From an uncultured Trueperaceae bacterium (GTDB lineage Bacteria > Deinococcota > Deinococci > Deinococcales > Trueperaceae), in contig CAWFFU010000011.1 of NCBI GenBank assembly GCA_963815215.1, forward strand, positions 608,001-672,000: a stretch of DNA of 64,000 nt. Reading direction: 5' to 3'. A program made the position numbers and the translations under genes. A model generated the notes under the pieces. That model searched no databases. It saw only the letters and a program-made list of their open reading frames with translations, and had not been told where the DNA came from. This document shows, piece by piece, positions 39,197 through 51,241 of the stretch. How positions within the stretch are numbered: the first letter of the stretch is position 1; each line of letters opens with the position of its first letter.

Positions 39197-39242
39197 CGCA
39201 ACCGGTTGCGGCAACGGTAGCACAGCCCCAGGAGCACCGCAA
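39197..39242 (-). promoter_or_regulatory. Promoter and LacI-type operator of the sugar operon
   Basis: Minus strand TTGCGG(39242-39237)-N17-TACCGT(39219-39214) with an extended TG; perfect palindrome CGCAACCGGTTGCG (39197-39210) over the predicted TSS. Confidence 0.7.
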
Positions 39243-39269
39243 GAGTGCTTCCGCCAGGGTCTGCGGCCC

Positions 39270-42200
39270 CTACATCGTCCGTTGGGTCTGGAGGCGCCGC
39301 CCCACCTCATCGGGGGACAACGCCGGCGCGAAGAGGTGTCCCTGTCCGTAGCCGCAGCCCAGCTCGAGCAGCGTCTGAAGCTCCTCCTCGCGCTCGATGC
39401 CCTCGGCCACGACGTCGACGCTCAGGTTGCGCGCAAGCCCGATGATGGCGCTCACGACCTCACGGTTGGCCGAGTGGGTGTCGATCGCATGGACGAAGGA
39501 GCCGTCGATCTTGAGCGAATCGATGGGGAGACGCTGGAGGTGTTTCAAGGAGGAGAAGCCGGTGCCGAAGTCGTCGACCTGGACGCGCACGCCCAGCTCG
39601 CGAAGACGTGTCAGCGCCTCGACGGCGGCCTCCGGGTAGTTCATGAGCGCGCCCTCGCCGATCTCCAGTTTGAGGCTGGAGGCCGGCACGCCGGCCTCCT
39701 CCAAGATGCTCCGCAATACCGTGTCCACATCCTGCAACGCGAGGTGCCGGGCCGACACGTTGACGCTCACCACGGGCGGCGGCACGCCGGGGCCCAGGTC
39801 GCGCAGCCAGACCGCGAGCTGACGGGTGGCCTGGCCCAGTACCCAGCGATCGATCGCGACGATCTGGCCCGACTCCTCGGCCAGCGGAACGAACTCGGAC
39901 GGGGGCACGAGACCACGTTCCGGGTGCCGCCAGCGCAGCAGGGCCTCCACTCCCACCAGCCGGCGCGGCTCCAACTGGTAGATCGGCTGGTACTCCAGGA
40001 ACAGTTCGTCGCGCTCGGGCGCACGGTGGAGGCTGGTCTCGAGTTGCATCTGGCCGAGGGCCCGAGCGTGCATCCCCTCGTCGAAGATGGCGAAGCGCGC
40101 CTTCCCCGTGGCCTTGGCGCGGTACATGGCGATGTCGGCGTCGCGCAGCAGCTCTTGCGGCTCGCGGTAGTGCGGTGCCGAGAATGCGATACCGATCGAG
40201 GCGCTGGTGAAGATGTCGTGCCCGTGGAGGGTGAACGGCTCGGCCAGTGAGCTCTGGATCCGTGCCGCCGTGGCGGTGGCGTGGTCGGGACCCTCGACGT
40301 TCTCGATGAGGACGCAGAACTCGTCGCCACCGAGGCGGGCCACCGTGTCGGAGCCGCGCACGCAGGTCTTGAGACGGCCCGCCAGGGTCTTGAGGAGATC
40401 GTCGCCGGCGTTGTGACCCAGGCTGTCGTTGACCACCTTGAAGCGATCGAGGTCGAGGAACAAGAGCGCGAAGCGCCATGCTTCGTTACGGGCGGAGCGC
40501 GACAGCGCCTGGCGCAGGCGATCGAGCAGCAGCACGCGGTTGGCCAGCCCCGTCAGCTCGTCGAAGAGCGCGCCCTGCACCAGGCGCTCCTCGATGCGCT
40601 TGCGCTCGGTGATGTCCCGCGAGGAGGTGACCATGTGCACCATCTCGCCGCGCTCGTCGCGCACGGGCTGAGCGAAGGTCTCGAGCCACACGTAATGGCC
40701 GTCGGCATGCCGCAGACGGTAGCTGACCTGGATCGAGTCGTGGCCCTCGAACAGCCGCTGATGCCCACTCTCGCGCACGCGCTCACGGTCCTCCTGGTGG
40801 ATCATCTCGTAGGGGTCCACCCCGACCAGCGCGTCCGGGTCGTAGCCGAGCACGGTCTTCGCCGACGGGCTCACGTAGAGGTAGCGCCCATCACGGTCGT
40901 GCAGACAGACCAGGTCGTGCATGTGCTCGGCGAGGAGTCGGAACCGCTGCTCGCTCTGCTGCACGGCGCCGTAGAGGCGCCCCCGCTCCGCCGCAACCCC
41001 CAGTTGCTCCCCCACGGCCCGCAACAGCCTCAGGTCCTCGTCGGCCGATCCGGCCGAGCGGCCCTCCGCCACCAGGACACCCACCACCCCTGCACCGGCC
41101 ACCAGAGGGACCGCCGCCTGCCAGGGACCATCGACGTCGCCCGCCTCGCCGGCGCCGCCTCCGACGAGCAGCGGCTCGCCGGTCGCACTCACGCGCGCCG
41201 CGATCTGAGCCACCCCTCCGCCCTCCAACGCCTGGCGCACGGCAGCGTCGTCGTATCCGAGCTGATGCTGTAGTAGGAGATCGTCCCCGGAGCGCGCGAA
41301 CAATCCGACCCTGCGGTATCCCAGCACCTCCACGGTCGCTTCGGCCGCGGCCTCGAACACCGCCTGCAGGTCGAGTTCGCTGGCGACCGCACCCCGCACC
41401 CGGTCGAGCAGCGTCAGCTCGGCCGCCTGGCGCTTGGCCGCCTCGAACAGCGATCGGTACTCCGCCGCCTGTGCACGGCTCTGCTCCACCAACGCCAACC
41501 GGTCGAGGGCGTTGCCGCACGCCAGCGCGATGGCCTCGAGGAAGCCGCCGTCCTCGCGTTCGAGACTCCGGCCTCCGGAGAAGGCGAGGGCGCTTACCAC
41601 CCCGACGATCTCCCCGGCGCCGTTGCGGAGCGGAGTGCCCAGGTAGGCCGTCGGACGTGGCGCCCCGGTCGGTACGGGCACGTCCGCCAGGCCGGAAGGA
41701 TCGCGGGCGCCCACCGTCCTGGCGGCTTCCACCACCCGCCACAGCAGATCACCCTCACCGCGCGCCACGGCCTCACCGCCCACCGGGTGGGGGACCCGCC
41801 CGGCCTCCGCGCGGCTGCCGACCCTCCGCAGCACGTCGGCCTCGCCGTCGATCAGGTAGAGGTCGCACCCCTCGGCACGCGTCATGTCGAGCACGGCCTG
41901 GAGTGCGCGAACTACCACGTCGCGCCGGCGCGTGGCGCCGCGCAGCGCTTCGCTGGTGCTCACAATCGCCTCGAGCTTGGCGAGCTGCCACTCCCGCTGC
42001 TCGGCGTCGCGCTGCCGCACCAGCGCCAGCTCGATGCTGCTGGCGAGCTGGGCGAGCATGTCCCGCACCTGGCCGTCGAAGGTCCGCGGCTCGCGGGCGC
42101 AGAACACGATCATCCCCCACGGCTGTCCGCGCAGCACCAGGGGGTGCGCGGCGTAGGCGCCCACGGGCCCGCCGTCATCGGTACGGTCGCGGAACCGCGG

Positions 42201-44528
42201 TCCGGGATCGGCCCCCAGACCTGCGAGCGGACCGCGCGCGGCGCCGATCCACCCGGCCTCGACGAGCGCCGCCTCGAGGCCATCGTCGTGCGCGCCCTCG
42301 GGATCGAAGGCGTCGAGGGAGGCGCCGTCGCCGTCGGGGCGCAAGACGACCATGCGCTCGAAGCCCATCCCGGGGACCTCCAGCACCAACCGGGCCAGCA
42401 CCGGGAAGAAGTCGCTCAGCTTGCCGCCGGTCAGGAGCAGGCGCTCGATGTCCGCCAGCAGAGCGTTCATGCGTGCGGCACGATCGCGGCGCTCCTCCAG
42501 GCGGAGTCTGTGCAACAGTGCGGCGACCTGCAACCCGAATGCCTCCGCCATACCCACCGCTTCGGGCGGGAAGCCGTCCTCGGCGTCGAGGTTGTCGAGG
42601 CGCAGCGACGCCTCCAGGCGCCCGCTCAACTCGACCGGCACGGCCAGCGACACCGCCGGCCCCGGTCCCGCCCCGGTCTCCCGCGCCGCACGCGCGCGGG
42701 CACCATCCGCGCCCCGGTCGAGCGCGTCGCCCTTGACCAAGCGCGGTCCCGCGCGGCCCGGCTCCCCATGGCCGAGATCGCGTTCACTGAAGCGCACCTC
42801 GGCCAGCACGGCCGCCTCCGCGCCGGTCGCCGCGGCCAGAGCGAAACTGCCGTCCGGGCCGCGCACCAGGACACAACCGCCTTGCGCCCCGGGGATCACC
42901 CCCACCGCGCGTTCCAACAGCGCCTGATAGAACGCGGGCGTGACCTCCTGGGCCAGCAGCTCTCGCGTCACCTCCAACAACGACTCCTGGTACCTGCGCG
43001 AGCGCTCGCCCGCGAGCTCGCCGCTCCGCCGCCGGACTGCCGCCTCGAGCGCGGCCGGTGCCGCTCGGAGGGTGTCGACCACCAGCGGCAACCAACGCGG
43101 ATACGGGGCCGACCACTCGAAGGCCAGCACCCGGACCGTGCCGTCGCCGGCCGAGACCGGCAGCAGCGCCAGGTACCCCAGACCCAGCGCGTGCAGAACG
43201 TCGCGATCATGCGCCGGCACGCCGTCCACCTCGCCGGCGAAGCCGGGAGGGGACGCCCCCCACGCCAGCAGCTGCGACCCGTAGGGGGGTTGCCCCTGGT
43301 CCCAGGCCGCGGGGTGGAGCGCCTCCCACCGCCGCGCACGACGCGCGATCGGCAGCACCTCCGGATGCGCTCCGCCCGGCACGCCCTCGACTTCCAGCAG
43401 CGCCACCCGGTCGGCCTCCACGGCGATCCCCAGGCTGGCGAGCAGGCCGTCCACGGCCGCCGCCCAGTCCGGCTCCTCGAGGAACTCACGGGCGGCGGCC
43501 TCGGTCGCGGCGAGCACTTCCGCGCGCCGTCCGAGCGCGTCGGCGGCGGCGCGCCGAGCGGTCACGTCCCGGATGATGAGCAGCCGCCCGGCACCGGGCA
43601 ACGGGTGGCTCCTCGCCTCGTACACCGGGCCCGCGTCGACCGGAGGCAGCTCCACGGACTCCCTGCCCATGACCGCGAAGTCACGGCGGATGGAGGACAG
43701 CGGCCGGCCCAGCGCGACCTGCGCGGTCGCGCCCAACGCTTCCTCGGCGGCCGGGTTCATGTCGAGCACGATGCCGTGCTCGTCGACCAGGATGAGCCCG
43801 TCACCGAGGCCGGCGAAGACTTCCCGGTACTCGATCGGACCCCGCAACTCCGCCCAGCGCCGCTCCATGCCCCACGCCAGCAACAGCGCGCTGGCACCGA
43901 GGCCGACCGGCACGAGGTCGATGGCCGCCAGGTTGCCCGGCGACACGAATGCGTAGACCACCAGCGCCAGGGGCGGAACCGGCGCCAGCGCCAGCAAGCC
44001 CATGCCGGCCCCCGCTCGCGGCCTCTGGCCGCGCGCGCCCAGCGCCAGCACGAGCGACGCCGCGATCCCCAGCACGAGCCCTGCGCCCATCCACCAAACC
44101 CAGAACGCCGGGCCCGGGACGACGGCGAGGCCGGCTACGCCGACGATGTCGATCGGAACCAGCCCGCGCCACACCCAGGGCGTGACAGCGGGGGTCCACA
44201 CCCATGCGGTCGCAGCCACCGCGGGAAGCAGCAGCAGACGGGCAAGCGAAGCGTCTCGCCCCGTCAGCCGCAGGGCGGCGATCAGCGAGAGCGTGGGGGC
44301 CAGGGCTCCTGCACTGAGCGCGAGCCGGACGGCGAACGCGAGCTGGGCATCGGTCGTTCGCGTCCACGAGAGCAGCACCGCCAACGACCACGTCACCACG
44401 ACCACGGCCAGCAGGCCGAACGCCCTACGCCCGGGCTCGTGCCGCCGCAGGGCCGCCCAAGCGATCGCCGGAAACGCGATCAGGGCCGCCAGCAACGGCA
44501 ACGCCAGCAGTACCAGCTCGAAGTTCAT
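39270..44528 (-). CDS. Membrane diguanylate cyclase/phosphodiesterase: 7TM-PAS-(GAF)x~5-PAS-GGDEF-EAL
   Basis: N-terminal TM helices, PAS motifs, DLDRFKVVNDSLGH, RGSD I-site, GGDEF, EAL, DDFGTG, KID, EGIE. Confidence 0.9.
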   Translation of the reverse strand: MNFELVLLALPLLAALIAFPAIAWAALRRHEPGRRAFGLLAVVVVTWSLAVLLSWTRTTDAQLAFAVRLALSAGALAPTLSLIAALRLTGRDASLARLLLLPAVAATAWVWTPAVTPWVWRGLVPIDIVGVAGLAVVPGPAFWVWWMGAGLVLGIAASLVLALGARGQRPRAGAGMGLLALAPVPPLALVVYAFVSPGNLAAIDLVPVGLGASALLLAWGMERRWAELRGPIEYREVFAGLGDGLILVDEHGIVLDMNPAAEEALGATAQVALGRPLSSIRRDFAVMGRESVELPPVDAGPVYEARSHPLPGAGRLLIIRDVTARRAAADALGRRAEVLAATEAAAREFLEEPDWAAAVDGLLASLGIAVEADRVALLEVEGVPGGAHPEVLPIARRARRWEALHPAAWDQGQPPYGSQLLAWGASPPGFAGEVDGVPAHDRDVLHALGLGYLALLPVSAGDGTVRVLAFEWSAPYPRWLPLVVDTLRAAPAALEAAVRRRSGELAGERSRRYQESLLEVTRELLAQEVTPAFYQALLERAVGVIPGAQGGCVLVRGPDGSFALAAATGAEAAVLAEVRFSERDLGHGEPGRAGPRLVKGDALDRGADGARARAARETGAGPGPAVSLAVPVELSGRLEASLRLDNLDAEDGFPPEAVGMAEAFGLQVAALLHRLRLEERRDRAARMNALLADIERLLLTGGKLSDFFPVLARLVLEVPGMGFERMVVLRPDGDGASLDAFDPEGAHDDGLEAALVEAGWIGAARGPLAGLGADPGPRFRDRTDDGGPVGAYAAHPLVLRGQPWGMIVFCAREPRTFDGQVRDMLAQLASSIELALVRQRDAEQREWQLAKLEAIVSTSEALRGATRRRDVVVRALQAVLDMTRAEGCDLYLIDGEADVLRRVGSRAEAGRVPHPVGGEAVARGEGDLLWRVVEAARTVGARDPSGLADVPVPTGAPRPTAYLGTPLRNGAGEIVGVVSALAFSGGRSLEREDGGFLEAIALACGNALDRLALVEQSRAQAAEYRSLFEAAKRQAAELTLLDRVRGAVASELDLQAVFEAAAEATVEVLGYRRVGLFARSGDDLLLQHQLGYDDAAVRQALEGGGVAQIAARVSATGEPLLVGGGAGEAGDVDGPWQAAVPLVAGAGVVGVLVAEGRSAGSADEDLRLLRAVGEQLGVAAERGRLYGAVQQSEQRFRLLAEHMHDLVCLHDRDGRYLYVSPSAKTVLGYDPDALVGVDPYEMIHQEDRERVRESGHQRLFEGHDSIQVSYRLRHADGHYVWLETFAQPVRDERGEMVHMVTSSRDITERKRIEERLVQGALFDELTGLANRVLLLDRLRQALSRSARNEAWRFALLFLDLDRFKVVNDSLGHNAGDDLLKTLAGRLKTCVRGSDTVARLGGDEFCVLIENVEGPDHATATAARIQSSLAEPFTLHGHDIFTSASIGIAFSAPHYREPQELLRDADIAMYRAKATGKARFAIFDEGMHARALGQMQLETSLHRAPERDELFLEYQPIYQLEPRRLVGVEALLRWRHPERGLVPPSEFVPLAEESGQIVAIDRWVLGQATRQLAVWLRDLGPGVPPPVVSVNVSARHLALQDVDTVLRSILEEAGVPASSLKLEIGEGALMNYPEAAVEALTRLRELGVRVQVDDFGTGFSSLKHLQRLPIDSLKIDGSFVHAIDTHSANREVVSAIIGLARNLSVDVVAEGIEREEELQTLLELGCGYGQGHLFAPALSPDEVGRRLQTQRTM

Positions 44529-44785
44529 CGTCCCGTCCCCCACCGTGGCTCGGACGCATTGATGACCCGCAGCGGGCCGCGCCGGTAAGGTTCATAGCAG
44601 CGGCGCCGTGCACGCCCGAGACTCAGGCGGCGTCGATCGTCCATTGTCCTCGCAGCCCGTCCCAGCCCTCGTGAAATCGCGTACCTGTCTCGTCTCGCCG
44701 CTTCTCGCCGGCACCGCGTGCGGTAGGCTGGACGTCCCCGCCCCCGTCTCGGGGTCGAGGCACCGCATCGATGGGAGCCCAAGCG

Positions 44786-45220
44786 ATGAGCAGCTACACT
44801 GGCGAACAACGTACCCTCCTGCTGGACGCCGCCGCGGAGGTCCTGGTCGCCGCAGTGGCAGCCGAGCGGACCGGTCCCATCGGGTACTTCCGCGAGATCA
44901 TGGCGGCCGGCCGCTACCTCTACGATGCCCGGCGACGCTATCACGACAACGCTCTCGTTCAGGAGCTCTTCAGCCGCGCCGAGGAGCGAAGCGTCGACCT
45001 CGACGAGGTCACCCGTGAGAACCTGCTCGCGCGCATCGAGGAGGTCGGCTCCATCGTGCACGATGACGCCGAGGGGACGGAGTTCAAGCGGTTCCTGCTG
45101 GAACTCGCCGAGCGCGTGGCCGACGCGTCGCGCAGCGGGCTCTTCGGGCGGCGCCTGTCGTCCAACGAGGCCGCGTTCCTGGTCGAGCTGAAGGAGCGCC
45201 TCCGCCTCTCGGACACCTGA
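44786..45220 (+). CDS. Hypothetical protein (helical, possibly TerB-like)
   Basis: Typical codon usage and GGAG RBS; C-terminal VADASRSGLFG...SSNEAAFL.EL pattern. Confidence 0.6.
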   Translation: MSSYTGEQRTLLLDAAAEVLVAAVAAERTGPIGYFREIMAAGRYLYDARRRYHDNALVQELFSRAEERSVDLDEVTRENLLARIEEVGSIVHDDAEGTEFKRFLLELAERVADASRSGLFGRRLSSNEAAFLVELKERLRLSDT

Positions 45221-45242
45221 CGACGGCCGGCCCCGCCGGCGC

Positions 45243-45791
45243 CTAGCGACCCGAGTCGGGATCGAAATCCTTGCCACGATTGAACGCCGACGTGCCGCCC
45301 TTGGGGATCGACAGCGTCCGCCAGCGCTCGCCACGCGCGTGCTTGGCGAGCAGCACGATCTGGCCCACATGCTGGGCCGTGTGTGTGAGCTGACGCAACA
45401 GCGCGGCGGGGACGCTGTGGTCCTCGCCCCGGATCCGGACGTGGGCGGCGAGGTCCTCCTCGCGCAGGGCGTCGAGCTCCCGCGACGCCACCTCCCACGC
45501 CTCCTCCCACCAGCGCACCACGTCGGCGGCAGTGGCCGTGTCGACCTCGAACTCGCCGTCACGGTCACGCTCGGGCTTCTCCCCATCGCTGTGCAGGAAG
45601 TCCGTCCAGCGCGACAGCATGTTGCCCCTCAGGTGCTTGACGATGACCGCGACGCTGTTGCTGACCGGGTCCGGTCGTTCGACGACGTCGGCGTCCTCGA
45701 GTTGCCGCAAGGCGCCGTCGCCCAGCGCCTTCTGGGATCGGAACGAGTTCTTCAGCTCGTCGAGAATCCCACCCGCCAGCGTCTGCGTCAT
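45243..45791 (-). CDS. DUF1572 / DinB-superfamily protein
   Basis: NSVAVIVKHLRGNMLSRWTDFL.SDGEK..RDRD.EF, H..QHVGQI, W..LSIPKG. Confidence 0.85.
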   Translation of the reverse strand: MTQTLAGGILDELKNSFRSQKALGDGALRQLEDADVVERPDPVSNSVAVIVKHLRGNMLSRWTDFLHSDGEKPERDRDGEFEVDTATAADVVRWWEEAWEVASRELDALREEDLAAHVRIRGEDHSVPAALLRQLTHTAQHVGQIVLLAKHARGERWRTLSIPKGGTSAFNRGKDFDPDSGR

Positions 45792-45859
45792 GGTCGTCCT
45801 CCTCTTCCGCAATACGGACCGTCGCCGGATCCGCGCTCCAGGGTCTGCCTGGCGCCAGC

Positions 45860-47038
45860 CTACCGGACTCCCTGCCCGGCACCCCCGTCGACACCTGCCC
45901 GCGCGGGTCCGCGGTTGCTGCGCCACAGCAGCCCGACCACCAGCAGAAGCGCCAGCACCAGTGACCCGAGGGCGGGCGGGATGGTTCCGGTCCCGGCGAG
46001 CGATACCCCCCAGCCGATGGCGGGGGCCGTGAGGACAGGCCCCAGGTTGGCGACCGCGAAGACCAGCGGCGCGATCTGCTCGGCCCGCTGCGGGAACACC
46101 TGCTGCAGCCATGCCAGCGCCGTCGGGAAGACGGGCGCGAAAGCGAACCCCACCAGCGCGTAGGCGAGCGGCGCCAGCCCGCCCAGGGTCGCCGTCCAAG
46201 CGGCCGCTAGCGCCAACACCACGGCGGCGAGCACCATGTCCGCCGGCCGCAGTCGGTCCCCCAGCGCGGCCGCGATGAAGCGCCCGAGGGTGAGCGCGGC
46301 CCAGTACAGGCCGGTGAAGAACGCCGCGCGAGCGTCGCCGAACAGGGGCGCGAGGTAGGTCGGCTCCCAGCTCGCCACGCCCACCTCCGAGGCGACGTAG
46401 AGGAAGTACAGCAGCATGAAACCCGCGATCGGCCCGCGCCGCGCCCGCAGCACTCCGGCGGGGACGTCCAGCGGCCTCGGCATGGGCGCGCGACCGATGA
46501 ACAGCGCCGCGATGCCCGTGACGACCGCGACCAGCAGGAAGGCGGGGGCGACCCGGGGCGCCAGCAATCCGACGAGCACCGGGCCCACCACGGCGCCCAC
46601 CCCGAAGGCGGCGTTGAGGAGGTTCAGCGCTCCGGTGGAGCGGTCACCGTACCAGCGCGCGAACAGCAGGTTGGTGGCCACGTCGAGCAGTCCGAAGCCG
46701 AGGCCGCCCAGCAGGGCGGCGGCCAGCGTGAGGCTCCACAGCGGGCTCAACGCCACGCCGGCGGCTCCCATGGCCAGCAGGGCCGCACCCCCAAGCATCA
46801 GCCTTCGGTACCCGAAGCGCGCCAGCAACATCCCGCTCGCCGCGATGGTCACGAACGAACCGAGGAAGTGCACGCTCACCACCGCGCCCACCTGGCCCAC
46901 GCCCACGCCATACCGTGCCAGGAAGGCCGGGAAGGCGGGGCCGTACATCGCCTGCACGGCTCCGATGGCCAGGAACGAGAGGGTCCCCGCCACGAAGATC
47001 ACCCGCCGTTCCGGGGTGTCGACCAGGCCGCGCAGCAT
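45860..47038 (-). CDS. MFS transporter (FucP/TsgA-like)
   Basis: About 12 TM helices, LNLLNAAFGVGAVVGP, FLYVASEVG..SW; TACGAT 7 nt before ATG 47038. Confidence 0.85.
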   Translation of the reverse strand: MLRGLVDTPERRVIFVAGTLSFLAIGAVQAMYGPAFPAFLARYGVGVGQVGAVVSVHFLGSFVTIAASGMLLARFGYRRLMLGGAALLAMGAAGVALSPLWSLTLAAALLGGLGFGLLDVATNLLFARWYGDRSTGALNLLNAAFGVGAVVGPVLVGLLAPRVAPAFLLVAVVTGIAALFIGRAPMPRPLDVPAGVLRARRGPIAGFMLLYFLYVASEVGVASWEPTYLAPLFGDARAAFFTGLYWAALTLGRFIAAALGDRLRPADMVLAAVVLALAAAWTATLGGLAPLAYALVGFAFAPVFPTALAWLQQVFPQRAEQIAPLVFAVANLGPVLTAPAIGWGVSLAGTGTIPPALGSLVLALLLVVGLLWRSNRGPARAGVDGGAGQGVR

Positions 47039-47157
47039 GTCGCACATCGTACGCCCGCAGGGCGCGCCTCCGAGCGCCCATCGCGGTGCCCGCAGCGGCC
47101 CGGAGCGCGCCTCCGGGCCGGTATAATGCTGCCTCAGTGCGAGCGGGAGGCACCAAC

Positions 47158-49836
<2,679 letters not shown>

Positions 49837-49844
49837 GCGCGACC

Positions 49845-50708
49845 GTGGCGTCCGCTCCCCGGTCGGGAACGCTCCCGCGTCTGGTGGCGCTCGACCTCGA
49901 CGGGACCCTCCTGACCAGCGACAAGCGTCTGACGCCGCGCGCGCGCAACGCCGTGCGGGGCCTGACCGAACGAGGCGTCCACGTGGTGGTGTGCACCGGG
50001 CGGCCGCCGCGGAGCGCGCTCGACTACGCCGCCGAGCTCGAGCTGGAGCACCCCTTCATCTGCTTCAACGGGGCCGCCGTGTTCGACCCACCGGCCACGG
50101 CGCTCCGCGTTCGGCACCACCTCGACGCCGCCGTGGCGCGCCTCGCGCTGGCACGACTCCGCGACGGCTTCGCGAACCTGATGGCGGGGTTGGAGACCGA
50201 CCACGGTTGGTTCCTCGATCCCGCCCTCTATCGGCTGCGGTCCTCGGAGGCCCGGCTCGGTCCCGAGGAGCCGACCGGCGTGGGCCGCGTCGAGGGCTTC
50301 CTGGGGAGTGGGGCCATCAAGCTCTTCGCCCGCGCCGAGGGGACGGACGCAGCCGCGCTGGCGGCGGTCCTGGAGGGCCTGCCTCTCTACCGCACCTGGA
50401 GCTCGCCGGTCATGCTCGAGGTGCTCGATCCGCGCGTCGACAAGCGCGGGGCTCTGCAGGAGCTGTGTGCCGAGCTCGGCATCGATCGGACCGAGGTGGC
50501 CGCCTTCGGCGACCAGCGGAACGACATCGAGATGTTGCGCTGGGCGGGCCTGGGCGTCGCCGTCGCCAACGCCGACGCGGCGATCCGTCGGGCGTCCGAC
50601 CTGGTCATCGGGAGCAACGACGAAGATGCGGTGGCGCAGACTCTCGAGACGTGGCTGGCCTCCGCGCCGCCGGGCGCCGCACACGCCGCGCCCACGACCG
50701 GACGGTAG
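49845..50708 (+). CDS. Cof-type HAD-IIB hydrolase
   Basis: DLDGTLL, CTGR, NGA, VDK, AFGDQRNDIEML. Confidence 0.9.
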   Translation: MASAPRSGTLPRLVALDLDGTLLTSDKRLTPRARNAVRGLTERGVHVVVCTGRPPRSALDYAAELELEHPFICFNGAAVFDPPATALRVRHHLDAAVARLALARLRDGFANLMAGLETDHGWFLDPALYRLRSSEARLGPEEPTGVGRVEGFLGSGAIKLFARAEGTDAAALAAVLEGLPLYRTWSSPVMLEVLDPRVDKRGALQELCAELGIDRTEVAAFGDQRNDIEMLRWAGLGVAVANADAAIRRASDLVIGSNDEDAVAQTLETWLASAPPGAAHAAPTTGR

Positions 50709-50709
50709 C

Positions 50710-51237
50710 GTGCGAAGCGTGGTCCTGGGACTCGACGTCGGACGCGCCCGCATCGGCGTGGCGCGCGCCGAACGCGGCAGCGAACTGGCCTTCGGACGCG
50801 GAGCCATCGTGCGCCGCGGCACGGTCGCCGACGTCGCGGCCGTGCGCGCCCTGGCGACTGCCGAGGGCGCGGCCACCGTTGTGGTCGGCCTGCCCCGTCC
50901 CACGCGGGGCGAGGAGACGCCGCAGACGCGGCTCGTCCGAGGCTTCGCGTCCGCGCTGAGCCGGGCCGGGCTCGAGGTCGTCTTCGAAGACGAGCGCTTC
51001 ACCACCGCGCTCTCGGAGCGGCGCCTGCACGAGAGTTCGCTCCCGAGGGAGAAGCGGCACGCCAAGGGGGCCGTCGATGAGGCGTCGGCGATCCTCATCC
51101 TGGAGAGCTACCTGACCCGCACCGGCAACCACTCCGAAGCGGGAGACGACGCCCCCGGTGAGACACGGGACGACGGGCCCGACGACGGGCCCGACGACGG
51201 ACTCGACGACGGACTCGACGACGGGCGGGAGCGCTGA
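50710..51237 (+). CDS. ruvX: RuvX/YqgF pre-16S rRNA nuclease
   Basis: LGLDVG..RIGVA, VVGLP, DERFTT, VDEASAILILESYL; alaS-ruvX-mltG synteny. Confidence 0.9.
   Translation: MRSVVLGLDVGRARIGVARAERGSELAFGRGAIVRRGTVADVAAVRALATAEGAATVVVGLPRPTRGEETPQTRLVRGFASALSRAGLEVVFEDERFTTALSERRLHESSLPREKRHAKGAVDEASAILILESYLTRTGNHSEAGDDAPGETRDDGPDDGPDDGLDDGLDDGRER
51169..51228 (+). repeat. 12-bp tandem repeat x5 encoding the acidic RuvX tail (DDGP/DDGL)
   Basis: GACGACGGGCCC x2, GACGACGGACTC x2, GACGACGGGCGG. Confidence 0.9.
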
Positions 51238-51241
51238 CGTC

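Noticed and set aside
36778..39237. 819-aa ORF as a fused binding protein
   Set aside because: The N-terminal 398 codons are an off-frame overlap with the LacI gene; the real signal peptide starts at 38043 after a GGAGG RBS.
47122..47157. T-box leader for alaS
   Set aside because: TATAAT lies only about 30 nt before the start codon, leaving no room, and no T-box sequence is present.
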